From: Octopus bimaculoides | Lineage: Eukaryota | Assembly (NCBI RefSeq): GCF_001194135.2 | Contig: NC_069005.1 | Coordinates: 1,212,316 to 1,276,315 of the forward strand | Length of the DNA stretch: 64,000 nt | Direction: 5' to 3' | Shown here: positions 1-12,921 of the stretch, in pieces | Layout of the letters: each line of letters begins with the position of its first letter | Numbering within the stretch: the stretch's first letter is position 1 | The notes under the pieces: model-generated | Databases searched by the model: none | Seen by the model: the letters and a program-made list of their open reading frames with translations, nothing else | What the model was told of the DNA's origin: nothing | Made by a program: the position numbers and the translations under genes

Positions 1-705
1 AGTTTTACATACACACATTTCACATTATTATAGGCATCTGTCCCCCCCCCACCACTCTCTCTCTCTCTCTCCATATCTATCTATCTATCTCCATATATAT
101 ATATATATCTTTTAACGTCCATCTTCCAAGCCGGCATGGGTTGGGCTTATTCTCTAAAGATAGATGTGTAGGTTACATAAGTATATACATATATTATACA
201 TATATATTTTATTAATAATCGGCAGAAATTAGAGTGGCTCAAGGGCCGAGAGTTTCGTCCATTGACACATACATACATACATACATACAAAAGGCTATGT
301 ATATGTGCATGTATGTATAATACGATATCAGTTTACGACGATAGTTATTATAGTGGTGGATGTTAAGACACGATGACTTATTTTGACTCACTTTTCCGAT
401 AACATTTCGTAATAGTAGTAGTAGTAGTAGATGGTGATGATGATGATTGCGTTGGTGGCGGCGGTGAGAGGGTATGCGATTAATATTTGATATTCAAGGA
501 AGGTATAACAGGGTAAATTGGATGAATCAGTTCTCCCAATTCGTTGCTGAATTTTGCGTAAAGTTGGAGAAACTTGTTCGACACATGCATCCTTTCAGCT
601 TCGATAGTTTATTGTGTTATCAACGTAACACTTGGGAAACATTTATTCAATGGCAGGATAGAAAGTTTACAGATGATATCAAACTTTTTTTTTTGCCTCC
701 ATCAT

Positions 706-787
706 GGCAGCAGCAGCAGTAGTAGTAGTAGTAGTTGTTGTAGGAGTAGTAATAGAGAACGTAGCTGTAGCAATACTTGTAATAGTT

Positions 788-819
<32 letters not shown>

Positions 820-830
820 GGTAATAATAG
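706..830. repeat. Compound trinucleotide microsatellite (GCA)n/(GTA)n/(GTG)n
   Basis: Direct reading. Confidence 0.9.
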
Positions 831-1310
831 TGCAGCTTAATGCAATCGAAATATGTCAGTTACTGTTGCAACATCTTGCAAGGGCCCACTAACTGATATC
901 AAAGCAATTAATTTGGTTCATTTAAAGTCTCCACTCTGTAAACCTTTATCCGCTTTCGAACATTTAAATATGGACGTGTGTGTGTGTACATATATATATT
1001 ATAGAGAGAAAGAAAGAAAGAGAGGGCGGGGGTTAATGACGTTTAACTGTATCTGAGTGTAGTGAAATAGAATAACTACTTTTCTATTGAATTTGTTTTT
1101 ATTGGTGCATGTGTCCTCTTTGAGCTTTCTACCTGGAAAACCGATTAAAAATGAAAATAAGTTTTTCAAAAAATAAATTAAAAAATCAGTTTTATTTATA
1201 TACATATATATACTTACATATATACATAAGCACCGGAATGGTTGAAAAAGATATTTTTCGTAACTAAATTGCAGCTCTTTGCGTTGTATATGTGAACGTG
1301 TGTGTGTGTG

Positions 1311-1392
1311 TTAATATTTAGCAGAAGTAGCAGAGTGACTCAAGGTCCGAGAGTTTCGTGCGTACCTTAGTCACTTTTCTGCTAAATATTAA
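1311..1392. repeat. 82-bp hairpin element with perfect 16-bp terminal inverted repeats; its core also occurs at 231-258
   Basis: ttaatatttagcagaa / ttctgctaaatattaa, with inner agtgactcaagg / ccttagtcact. Confidence 0.85.
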
Positions 1393-1524
1393 TAAAAATA
1401 TATACATATACTCATATTTCAAGTTCTGTTTTTTTTTTCATATTTGCATCAGCATACCTGTATATATATAAACACATTCCACGCTGCAGTCACTGGTATA
1501 TATATATATATATATATATATATA

Positions 1525-1802
1525 NNNNNNNNNNNNNNNNNNNNNNNNNNNNNNNNNNNNNNNNNNNNNNNNNNNNNNNNNNNNNNNNNNNNNNNNNNNN
1601 NNNNNNNNNNNNNNNNNNNNNNNNNNNNNNNNNNNNNNNNNNNNNNNNNNNNNNNNNNNNNNNNNNNNNNNNNNNNNNNNNNNNNNNNNNNNNNNNNNNN
1701 NNNNNNNNNNNNNNNNNNNNNNNNNNNNNNNNNNNNNNNNNNNNNNNNNNNNNNNNNNNNNNNNNNNNNNNNNNNNNNNNNNNNNNNNNNNNNNNNNNNN
1801 NN
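1525..1802. other. Assembly gap
   Basis: N run flanked by (TA)n. Confidence 1.
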
Positions 1803-1837
<35 letters not shown>

Positions 1838-4664
1838 GTATATATATGTGTATGTATGTATATAATGTGTTATTAAGAACCCCCACGCATAGAGAAAGAG
1901 AAAATAAGTGCGTCTTTTATAAACAAGTGTCATATTTAAAGGTACAAGCGTACATCCGAATGCTTCGATTATGCATTTTTTTTTCAGCTAAATTAGTAAT
2001 TGCTGGGGTGGGGACTAATTTATTGTACGTATTATAACTATTTCCAATTTAATTATATGTTCTGTAAACAAAAATTGGTAGATTTTTATAATTTTTAGTC
2101 TGGAAAACTTAGAAGAACTACCATCGCCAGGTAGATCGGCTGTTGAAAGAAGTAGCAGGCGAGAGGAGTTGCTTCGTTAGTTATATAGGCTGCTAAAATT
2201 AAATTCGATACTTAATTAAACTAGACACGCTTTATTTATTGTATATACTCTGATTAATCGAGTGTATATATATATATATATATTTGGTCGTTGTACGACA
2301 TGTGACTGCTAAATGGACTTTGCTACTTCAGATCTAGAGTGAGAGAAAATGGGAAGTTGTGATGTTCAAGTTTTTCCCAAATTAAACGGTTCTAACTTGA
2401 TAATAGAAACTATACTGTATACTCAGCCCTACTACTAATCGTGCGATCGTTGCTTATATATNNNNNNNNNNTATATATATACATGTTATAATAGAAATAA
2501 TCTCGTCGTTGGAATTATAATTGTGGAATTTTTATCTCTTAAATATCAAATTTTTTGTTTAAACTAAAATGTTCACCATTTTGCGTCAAAAGAAAGAAAA
2601 AAATGAATCGGTATTTTGATAGAATTATGTCTAAAAGTTGTGAGCTAATAGAAAACCAAAGACGTGTTTAAAATCTATATACGAGATATTTCGGTTTTGT
2701 CAAACTCACTGCTGTCGATTTTCAAAAAATCTGTTTTTAGACCCAAAACTTAAACCAGCACACTGACCTAAAAACACTGCAAATAATTTAGTGATATTAC
2801 TTTTGATAAAGTGGACAATAGAAAAGCCGAAAAGAAATTAATATTTAAAACAGTTTAATAGCCGTTAATTTATTTAATCATTTGGATGTGTTCTGAAGTA
2901 TTTCAGGTCTACTTAAACTGTCTTATAAAACCGCTGTTCATAATTATCTTTTATGCATTAACAAGTGATTAAAAAAGTGTAAAATAATGAATAAATAGGT
3001 TTCATTACTTTGTCAAGGAGTTGAATAATCTGTTTTTGTTTTTTTCTACAAACCATTTTACTGTAATTAGTTAAAAGAAGGTTTTTTTGTTTGATTACTT
3101 TTAAAATGGCTGAGCGATGTAGACTATCTATCGACTCATTGGACCTGAGTTCATGCCCCCTGTGGATATTTTGTATTTGAAAACAAAATTCTTTCTTATT
3201 TTAGCTAACTTGACAATGGGCAAGAAAGAAGAGTTTTCGAGACAACAATAGACAAGCAATTGTTTATAGAGAGACTTTAGTTTCCCATCTGCTCAATGCT
3301 ACTACAGTGTTGTTATTTATTCCAAGTTAAACACCACCCTGTGGAGTATTATGGGTTTAGGGTTACTATTGTCTTGTTATAGTTTGTTTAGTTGAGAAAG
3401 TTTTGAATGAAGATGAAGGGGATAATTTAAAGAAAGTTGTAAACAATTAAAATGAATGTTTTAGATAGAGGTGTTTGAGGATTGAACCCAATCTTCTGCT
3501 TACCAATGGTTATTTTGGTTGTGTCTACTTAAAATATTAAACTTGCTTCTTTTAGTTCTTCATTCGTGTTTCTTTAAAGTTATGATTCAGGAACCAAACA
3601 GAAGCTTCTTTCAGCACAAACATTGTGGTTTTGGTAAAGAACAAGCAAAGAACCACTGGAGAGAGGTCAGGGTTGAAATGGGAATCAAAAGACTTGGAAC
3701 TTCTCAGGTTCTGGTAGCATGAAATTGCTTCTACACATTGTCACTAATTTTGGAAGAATTCTCTTGAATAATTCTGTAATAAATAAGGCAAATGATTGAG
3801 ATAGAAAGTACAATTCAGGCTGAATTGCACCAAAATGTTTTTGTTAGGAATATTTTTGAAGGACATTGATTTCTTGGATTAGCTCAAGACCACATATTTC
3901 AGAGAGCAGCACTATTCTTGGGTTTTTCTTAATTTATTGGTCATGAAGTGATGAAAGACAAAAATTGATCATTCGACTGTAGTAGGATGAAAGAGAGAAT
4001 CTCTTAAACGTTTAGTCCTGTTGCATTCTGTTTTGGCCATTCTACTGATGTGCTGTCCCCTCTCTGCCTTTCCTATTCCTACTAATTTAAACTTGGAAAA
4101 TAAATAACTAAAAACTAAATGCCAGAAATCATTTAGTCCTGTGCTCTAATGATTCTGCAATAATAACGTCTAACATGGATTTAAAGCCAGAAATTTGGTG
4201 CTGGTGGTCAGTACATGAGATGAAAGCAAAGTAAACTTTGGTATGGTTTGAAATCAGGAAATAGAAGAATAAACCCAAGGACTTTAATCAAACTATTGCA
4301 ACCATTCCACTAGCTTTGTAATAGTACGAGTACAAACCGATTGACTATACAAGGAGTAAATGAAGAAGAACTGGGCAGCCTGAAAGGCTTATCTGACTCT
4401 GTGTGTGTGTTATGGCGAGGAGGAGTGTTGTATGGCTGTAAACGGTAAATGGAGGGACTAACAGAAAAATAACAATTCCACTCTATACACATTGAAATTG
4501 GATTTTTTCCAGATGTTGTGAGTAATCCCAAGAAATGTCCTTGGTTTCCTCACGCTTCTCTGACATGTCTTATTTCCTCACACTTTTTATTTATCAGTTT
4601 TGTCTGTTTGTCCATTCCATGAACACTTTATAGTTACACTTCATTTGCAAATTTCTTTTTACAG

Positions 4665-4757
4665 AAAGTTATTGTCCAGATACTTCGTAAGGAGCTTGTA
4701 AACAAACAACAAACTTCTAATCAAGCATCAAGCCTTAATACAAATGCCTCCCAGCAC
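4665..4757 (+). CDS. PHF21A: PHF21A/BHC80 orthologue, first recognisable coding exon (KVIVQILRKELVNKQQ...SQH)
   Basis: tttttacag acceptor, gtaagt donor, 93 nt, phase 0/0. Resembles human KRVVEQLRKNLIVKQEQ. Confidence 0.85.
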
Positions 4758-5671
4758 GTAAGTTCCATTAGCGCTTATATACTAAACCTTTTTATTTTTG
4801 TTTACAAACATCACACTAATTCAGCTTTTCATAGCACCTGAAGAAGATGTAATAATGTGTGTGTGAGTGTCTGTATGTGTTTGTGTGTATGTGTGTGTAT
4901 CATCACTGTTCCATGCTTGCCTTGATCACACAGAATTCATTGTAGCAGTTTTTCTACAGCTGGATTCCTTTCCTGTCACAAACCCTTATCTGTTTCCAAG
5001 TGAGGTAATATTTCCCCATGGCCAGACATATGTTCTTCACAGAAGACTGGGAACTAGCAACATTGCTTGTATGATGGTCATGCTTATTTACACCCATCAC
5101 ATGATGTCAAAATAAGCACAGACAGACAGACACATATATGTGTGTGTAGACATGCACATGTCAACAGCCGTCTTCTTCCCTCCGTGGAAGCAAATCGCCT
5201 TTTCCCTGATGACTTGTCAGTTGTAGAGAATCCTTGATTCTTGAGATTATTTTCTCTTCTCATTTGGAGTTGGCTGGCAGTAGATGTCATCAGTACAGCT
5301 GTTGCCCTACATTGACGCCAGCAGACATCACTACTAGAAAACTGGTCCATGGAAACATGTCAACATCCTGGGAGGAAATATTATCTTATATGCAAACAGG
5401 TAACGATTGGTGTTAGAAGTGGCATCTAGCCATATAAAATTTACTTCAACTATCTGACTCATGCAAGCATGCAAAAACCAAACTGAGCATCATTTAAAAC
5501 TAAAACAAAACTTGAACTCTGTAAAATATTTAATTTGACATTTTGCTGTTTCTGCCAACTTGTGATGCTTTTTATGCATAGAATGATATTATTAATCTTG
5601 GGGCTTTTTTTTTTTCAGTCTTTTTTTTGTTTTCCACTGGTTATTTTTACTTTACTTTCTTCTCTTTCTAG

Positions 5672-6334
5672 CAACATCAAGCTCAAACACAGCAACAACA
5701 AGTCCATTTACAAAAACAGCAGCCACAGACACATTCACCTCAACAAGTGCATGCTGTACCACAACAAATGCATGTCTCCCAACCGCAATCAAATTCAGTG
5801 CAACGGCAGCAGTCACAGTCACCTATGCAGCAGCCCCACACAGTGCAACGGCAGTCGCCCTCCCCCCAGAGGCAGACACATGCCACTGTGCAACAACAAT
5901 CACAGTCACCACAGAGACAGCTCCAGTCGCACCCGGTGCAACTGCCATGCCAGTCCCCCCAGCAACTGCCATGCCAGTCCCCCCAGCAACCGCAGTCCCC
6001 ACATCAACATATACACATTGTACAGCAATCACAATCTTCTCAGCAACAATTGCAACCAATGCAACAGCATCCACATTCCCATTCTCAACCAGCCACATCA
6101 TCCCCCCAACAGGCACCAACAGCAGTCGTGGCAACCACCCAGCCTCCTGCTGCTGCTGGCCCCCTTCAATCAGCTGACTTTATTAAGAAAAATGACAATG
6201 TGAAATGTCCCAGTATATTGAACACCCCCCACAGTAGAGTTAGCAGTCCGACTGTGAATAACTCAGTCTCCTCTCGGAGTACATCCCCTCCTATTCGAGT
6301 ACCACAGTACACCATCAGCAAAACTCTTTTACAG
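5672..6334 (+). CDS. PHF21A: PHF21A exon, Gln/Pro/Ser-rich low-complexity region ending PPIRVPQYTISKTLLQ
   Basis: ttctctttctag acceptor, CAG|gtaact donor, 663 nt open. PPIRVPQY matches human PQPIKVPQF. Confidence 0.85.
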
Positions 6335-7179
6335 GTAACTTTTCTCCTTTTTTTTTGTTTTATTTGTTTTGTTTTTCAACATAAAATCATTCTTATCTTT
6401 GTTTTATTCAGCTGAGACCTACTCAGCCTTTTTATTCCTCAGGGGCCTATAAAATAAACTGCCAGTCAAGTACTGGGGTCAATGCAATAGATGCTCCCCT
6501 GAAAAATTCTGGCATTGTTACCTAAATTAGAAATCATTATAGCAAGTGGTGAGCCAGTAGAATAATTGGCGCATTGGAAAGAAATGATTTGCGGCATTTG
6601 TTGTGGCTCTTTATGTTCTGAGTTCAAATCCCACTCATTTTAAGGCGGAGGTTGATAAAATTAAGAACCTGTCAAGTACTGGCCCTTTTGAATTACAGGT
6701 ACTACTCATTTTTGCCAGCTGAGTGGACTGAAGCAATGTGAAACAAAGTGCCTTGCTCAAGGACACAGCACACTGCCGGGAATCAAACTCTCGACCTTAC
6801 AGTTGTGAGTTGAATGCCTCAACCACATGACCTTTGTACCTTCACAGCATCAATTAACCTGCAAGATGAATGTCAACCACATCAATCTCACTTGTGTGGG
6901 AGAGCTTGTAATGGTCATGAGATCTGCATCTCCTCTTCCCCTTAAATAATATGTGTACACACACACACTCATACATGATGATGATGATCCTCAGCATCAT
7001 TTAGCATCTGTTCTCCATACAGACATGGGTTGGTCAGTTAGTGAGCCAGAGGACTCACCAAATTCCAATATCTGCTTTGGCATGGTTTCTACAGCTGGGT
7101 GCCCTTCCTAATGCCAACCATTTCACAGGATGCACTGGGTAGTTTTTACATGGTACCAACAGTAACGAGGTAACCAAAT

Positions 7180-7860
7180 AACCCCTAAGACAAAATCCCT
7201 CAACTGGGGAGGAAGTAGTGCTGAGGAAGGTGGTTTTTTGCTGGATGTTGAGAGACTGAAGTATGATAGGGTGACAGGAACAGGTTGTCTTGCTGTAGGG
7301 GAGACATATGGTTGCCCCAGTTGGAGTAGGGAGAGGAAGAGGATAGTGAAGATGTGTCTGGGCTTAAATTCAAGTTATAGAAAGGGGAATGAAGAGAAAT
7401 GGTATGGGTGGGTAAGTTTGTGGGAGTGTGAAGGGCAAGGGGCAGATGGATAAGGGGAGGTGAGTGGTGAACATGGCTGGAGACAAGGTCAATCCTTAAT
7501 ATCTGTTGGAGGGGAAGGTGGAAGAAGTAGGTGTGGGTCTGGGAGGTAAAAAGTGGCAGTAAGAGGAAGGGGAGCTGAAGGAAGCATACAGCAGAATACA
7601 GAGGTAAGGGATTCTACCAAGAAGGACGTGGTTTCCTAATTAGATCAGGTGAGTAGGTATTTCAGTAATTAGAAGTGTGATGAACAGGTGGGTGTCAAGA
7701 CGATGAGTAGTGGGGTGGATGATAGCTAAAAGAGCTGTGGGTTCATCAGGGATGGATTGGGTGTATAGACATGGGTTGTGGGGATGAGAGGGAAGGCAGG
7801 TTCATCCAGATCAGCTTGGGTGCAAGGGGATAGACGTAGGCAACACGTTTTTGCTTAGGT
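7180..7860. repeat. Unclassified purine-rich interspersed repeat, probably an old retroelement
   Basis: Similar composition and partial matches at about 14170-14350 and 45620-46000. No motif recognised. Confidence 0.35.
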
Positions 7861-8260
7861 GGACATGTCTTCTCAAGCACAGCAAATCGCCTATCATCTC
7901 TATCCTTTGTCATCTCCTTTGTGAAACTTGATCATGCTTTTACCACTACATCCATGTTTCCCTGTGTCTCCTTCCTCAGGTTCCTTCCACATTTACTGAC
8001 CACTACTTCTTTATGCGGCTGTCCTCATCTATACACATCATCTCATGGCCATACCTGTGCTGGCTTCTCTCGCCTCTTTAGCCTAATTTTTTACCTCAAC
8101 ACATTCACATTTTGTCATGCAAACACACTGGCATTGCACATTCAGCAGAGCATGCTAGCTTCGTTTCTTTCAAGTGTTCACATGTCTCCTGCATTCACAG
8201 ACCATGTTTGTACACGAGCATCATACACTCTGCCTTTCACTCTGACAGTGAGTCCTTAGT
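7860..8260 (-). mobile_element. RTE LINE ORF2 C-terminal fragment, degenerate
   Basis: Clear similarity to 18060-18360. Confidence 0.65.
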
Positions 8261-9245
8261 TCCTAACAAAAGTAGCTTGCACAGGATATGCGCGCACACA
8301 CACACATTTCACTGTGTTGACCAGGCTGTCGGATGTTCTTAAACCCTGCTGGTCATAATACACTTCCTCACATTGTTGTAGCTTTCAAACGATGCCACCC
8401 AGCTAGCTAAGTGGGAAGGCCAACATTATTTCCCCTGTGTGGACTGGAGCAAAATGGAATGAAGTGTTTTGCTCAAGAATACAATGCACTGTTAGTCTGG
8501 GAATCAAAGCCACAACTCATTGCCTTATAATCAGGTCCAGTCTAATTATCGTAGAACTGGGGTACAGCTGATTGAATGGATTACAGTATATTACTCAGAC
8601 ATGGTTGGGTGGTTAAGAAGTTTGCTTCACTACCACATTGTTTTGAGTTCAGTCCTACCTTGAGTCTTCTACTATAGCCCTGGGCAGACCAAGCCCTTGT
8701 GAGTGGATTTGGTAGGCAGAAACTGAAAGAAGCCTGACGTGTTTGTGTGAGTTCATGCTTCCCTCATCTTCGTTTGCATTTGCTTGCTGGTTGTAAACAA
8801 TGACTTCGTTGACTGTCATTTGTTTCCAGTTCTCCATGTAAACATGTCTGGGCTGTTTGTTGTTCAATACACTTGGAAGTTATTCCCTCACTGGGTAACA
8901 TGGGTGGGTTGATGATAGAAACGCATCTGACTGTAGAAGACTCTATCCCAACACACTCGTTTGACCCATTGCAAATATGGGAAAATATGTTAAAACAATG
9001 AGGATGACAATAGCTTCAGGCTGAGGGTCAGATATGAACCATACAAGCATTTGCTCAACCATTATCCTACTTCTACCCATTCATTATAGCATGTACTTAT
9101 TAAAAAATAACATGTGGTTTACAAAATTCTTTATCTCTGTGTTAGAATTTTTTGTTTTCCTTTTGTATTATTTGAAACTGTGAAATGTATTGTGTCTTAA
9201 GTTTACCAATGTGTTTTTTTTTTTTTTTTTTTTTTTTTTGTACAG

Positions 9246-9395
9246 AATAAAAACCAAATGGCACCCCCCAATGTACTTCCACCAAAGCGAACTTGTACAG
9301 AAACTGAATTAGGAGATATCAAGAAAACTGTTGATAAAAAACCACCAATAACTTGTGACGAAAAAAATGTGAAAAGTAGCCAAAACATGTTGCGA
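9246..9395 (+). CDS. PHF21A: PHF21A exon (NKNQMAPPNVLPPKR...SQNMLR)
   Basis: Poly-T tract then tacag acceptor, gtaagt donor, 150 nt open, phase 0/0 fits both neighbours. Confidence 0.8.
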
Positions 9396-10184
9396 GTAAG
9401 TTGATCTTTGGTTTTATTTGCTGCACATTGATGAGCATTATTTGTTAATCGAAAGGGTCGGTGACATGCTAGCAATTGCTAACAGCTGAAGAAACTGAAA
9501 CAATGTAGAATGAATTAAGTTCCCTGTCCAGTAATAGATGGGTTAGTAAATTGATTTGGCAGCAAATTGAAAAGCTGGGCAGGGAGGTTTTTGAAGAATT
9601 CAGAGGAAAGGAAAATTCCAGCTGAGAGATTCGATATAAAGAGAGGCAGAATGTAATAAGAAAATCTTTCTCTCTATGTGGAAATTTTTGGGGTTTAAGA
9701 GATTATAGGCTTGAAAACAAGGAAATGAGAAAGTGCCAGGACCAGCAGGATGAAAATACATTACATGAAAAACAAATAAAGGTGTTTGGCATTGCGAAGA
9801 GTTTCCAATCATGTAAAATCTTTCTTGACAAACTTCATCCGATCCATGCCAGTACTGAAAAATGGAAGTAAAAATTAGTGGTGATGCCATGCATGTGTTT
9901 GTGTCTCCTCTTTCTCACACACAAACACACACACACACACACACACGTGTGACTCTTGTAGTGTTGTAGCAATGATCAGAAGGATAGAGAAGATAGCCCC
10001 GGTGTTTAAATTCATTCCAAATAGATAAGAATCAGTGAATCAATACCCGTGACAGTTCAGTGAACTTTATATTCCTGCCTCGGTTATTTTTCAATTCATT
10101 AAATACTAGTTGATTATGAAAATTCCTTTGTTTTATCATGATGCCATTCTTGTGCTCATTTTTTTGTTTTTCTTCTATTTCCAG

Positions 10185-10236
10185 AAACTGCAGTATATGG
10201 CTTCTCTAGATTTAGTTACACCCGAAACATTAAAAG
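10185..10236 (+). CDS. PHF21A: PHF21A exon (KLQYMASLDLVTPETLK)
   Basis: Matches human KLAFMVSLGLVTHDHLE. AG/GT boundaries, phase 0/1. Confidence 0.92.
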
Positions 10237-11480
10237 GTTGGTTTTCATTTTCAAGCCTCAGTAAGTTTTCTCAAGTATTTTAAACCACAATTTATCACCT
10301 CTGCATATTGTTTATATATTTTCAAATGCCCCTCCCCCATTAGTTATTATATGTAATATAAAACTGGGAAAACAAAAACAAAAACTGATGAATTACATGC
10401 ATATTAATAATAATAATAATAATAATAAATCTTTCAACGTAATTGAACTAATGATTTTAAATAACCTTTCTGTTAATATTTTTTATGGTAAAAAAAAAAA
10501 AGAAAATTTTTAAAAAATGAATGAAAGAAAATTTTGAAATTTGCAAATCTTTTGAATTTTAAAATAAAAGCAAATTATTATTATTTTTAGATCATTTCTG
10601 AAATTTATGTTGAAATTTCTGAACTTTCGGCTGTGTAAAATTATAAACAATGGCTATTTTAACAAAGTTCACGCTTTTATTTGAAGTTAATAAGACATAT
10701 AAATTGAAAGACATTTATCATTTTGCATCAAGTTTGTTAGGAATGATTTGTTGTTGATTTTTCTCTCAATCCAATTAAACTTTGAATGTGAATTGCTTCA
10801 ATCTAAAACAACCCAACAACTTTTTTCTAGGCAAAATGGAAGAAAAATACAATAATGAAATCTGTAGGAAACGTGCAATGGAGAGACTAATGATAGACGG
10901 GACCCTTAGAGACCCTTGGCACAAAGGAATGATGGGAGGTGGACGAGGTTAGTGGAAGAAATAGTACCTATTGTCGAGCTTGTGAATAATTAGTGTAGTG
11001 GTTGGAGTGTGCCAGGCTTAATTAATTTGTCAGTTAATTAGTTCTCTCTAACATGAAACAGCTTGATGCAAAATAGCAAGAAACATTTCTTTAAAACTTT
11101 CTGATAGTTTCAAATTAAATCTTTCACATTGCCCTTCCAATAAATATGGTTGTTGTCATTTCAATTTGGTTTTTGTGTGTGGTTTTTTGTTTTGTGATTT
11201 TGTTTTGCCGTTATGAAATTAAAAAAAAAAAGCCTTTGTGAAGATAAATTTTAGGACGAATACACATTTTCTGTTTATTTCTCAAAATTAATTCCACACC
11301 ACTTAACTTTTTAACTTGTTTGAGTTGCTTAAGTTCTCATTTCATAAGAAAAAGCATTTAGAGCACAGCGCAATATTAAGTATTAATAGTTGTTAGGTCA
11401 TTTTATTTCCATTATAGTTTTGTTGTTGTTTGTTGTCTGTGAAGAACTCAGTTTGATTTTGTGTTTCAATCTTTCCCCAG

Positions 11481-11557
11481 AGTTGCAGAGTAAAAGGTCT
11501 GAGCGGAAAAGACGAAGTACAGCCAACCCACAATTTAGTTACAGCTTAGAAAGTGAT
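11481..11557 (+). CDS. PHF21A: PHF21A exon (ELQSKRSERKRRSTANPQFSYSLESD)
   Basis: Matches human EIQSKRQERKRRTTANP. Phase 1/0, gtaagt donor. Confidence 0.93.
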
Positions 11558-12860
11558 GTAAGTTCACATTTTATTTCTGCCTCTCTGACTTTAGTAAACA
11601 GAGACCCTAACACAGCCCCACCCCCAACTCTGTTGCCTTTCTGCTGTATCCCTCCCTTGTCTTTCCTCCCTCAGTTATACGGGCCATTCTAGGTCCTTAG
11701 CCCAGTACACCCTGTAAAATGTTTGGCACTAAGAAGGGCATTGAGTCATGGAGATCATGCCAAAGTAGACAGTGGAGTATGATGCAGTCCCTTGACTCTG
11801 CAGATCCTGTCAAATTGCCCAACCCATACCAGCCTAGAAGCTGGACATTAAATGATGATGATGATGATAGTTTGTAAAGAATAAGCAGTACACAGTATTG
11901 AATATGAAGTATTGACAAACAAGACACTGTACTGGACTGTTGTTAAGGATGGGTGTTGGTTTATAGAGGACAAGACTGAATTATAGATACTGTGTTAAGG
12001 GCAATTGGACACTGGTGTGAATTGAAAGGTGATTGCTCCTTTATAAGCAACATCTGTAAGGTGTGGGATGAGGAGACTGGCTGAGTTGATAGAGTGTGGG
12101 ATGATTGCCAGGTAGTATCCCTCTCACTCTATGCTCTGAGTTCAAATAACACTGAGTTTGACTTACCTTTTGTCAATAAATAAGGTACCTGTTCTGCATT
12201 GGAGTCAATTCTCTCTTTTTTTTTTTTTTTTCCACCTGGAAGAAACCAGCTGTGTTCAAACCTGGAGATTGATGGTTTCTATCAGGTCTGAAAATGCTGA
12301 AGCTAAACTGAGTGTCTTAATGGCACACCTCTGACTCCACCAGGTGCAAATTATTGTAAACAATATTTAAGGGATTGTAGATGGTTATTGACTGAAACAA
12401 CCAAGTTAAAACCATTTTTTTCTCCAAAGTAGCATACTGAAATACTTCAGTACAACTAAAACCATATTTAGCATAGAATAAAATTAACCCTCCCCCTGTG
12501 CTAATTAAAGTTTTGCTGGTGATGTAACATGCTAATCATATGCAAATCAGTTCTTACAACCTCTTTCTATTGGCCAATAAAAATAAAATGTATGTACGAC
12601 ATCATATGAAATATGGAGAATTTCACTAAGCACCCATCTCTCAAAAATTAGTAAACTCAGTTCCGGTGTCTCAAATGCACAGATTAAGTGTTCTTGGTTC
12701 CTTTAGAGTAAGGCCTAAATAATTCCTGTGTCTCCTGCATACTGACACGGAATTGACCAGAAATTCCCACAATTTTTCTCTGTTATTTTATGCTATCTTT
12801 ACAACATTTGATCCTTAGATACATTTTGATTTGTTTCTTGTTCCTTTTCTTCTCTTGTAG

Positions 12861-12921
12861 AGAAAACGAATGAACTATTTGGTCGGATCAAACATTACGA
12901 CTGGAACAAAACGACCTCGAG
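12861..12921 (+). CDS. PHF21A: PHF21A exon (RKRMNYLVGSNITTGTKRPR), first half of AT-hook
   Basis: Matches human [20 protein letters not shown]. Phase 0/1. Confidence 0.9.

Noticed and set aside
474-892. ORFs of 62-88 aa at the window start
   Set aside because: No recognisable homology, and they run into trinucleotide microsatellites.
5535-6203. Overlapping 222-aa ORF and the other-frame or antisense ORFs (5823-6134, 5947-6177)
   Set aside because: By-products of the CAG/CAA/CCA-rich PHF21A exon, which depletes stops in the other frames. Only the Gln-rich frame fits the splice phases.
9481-9515. CTGAAGA-aact-GAAAC-aat-GTA
   Set aside because: No stem II and no stem I. It resembles the common SINE tail tgactgaaacaagta.
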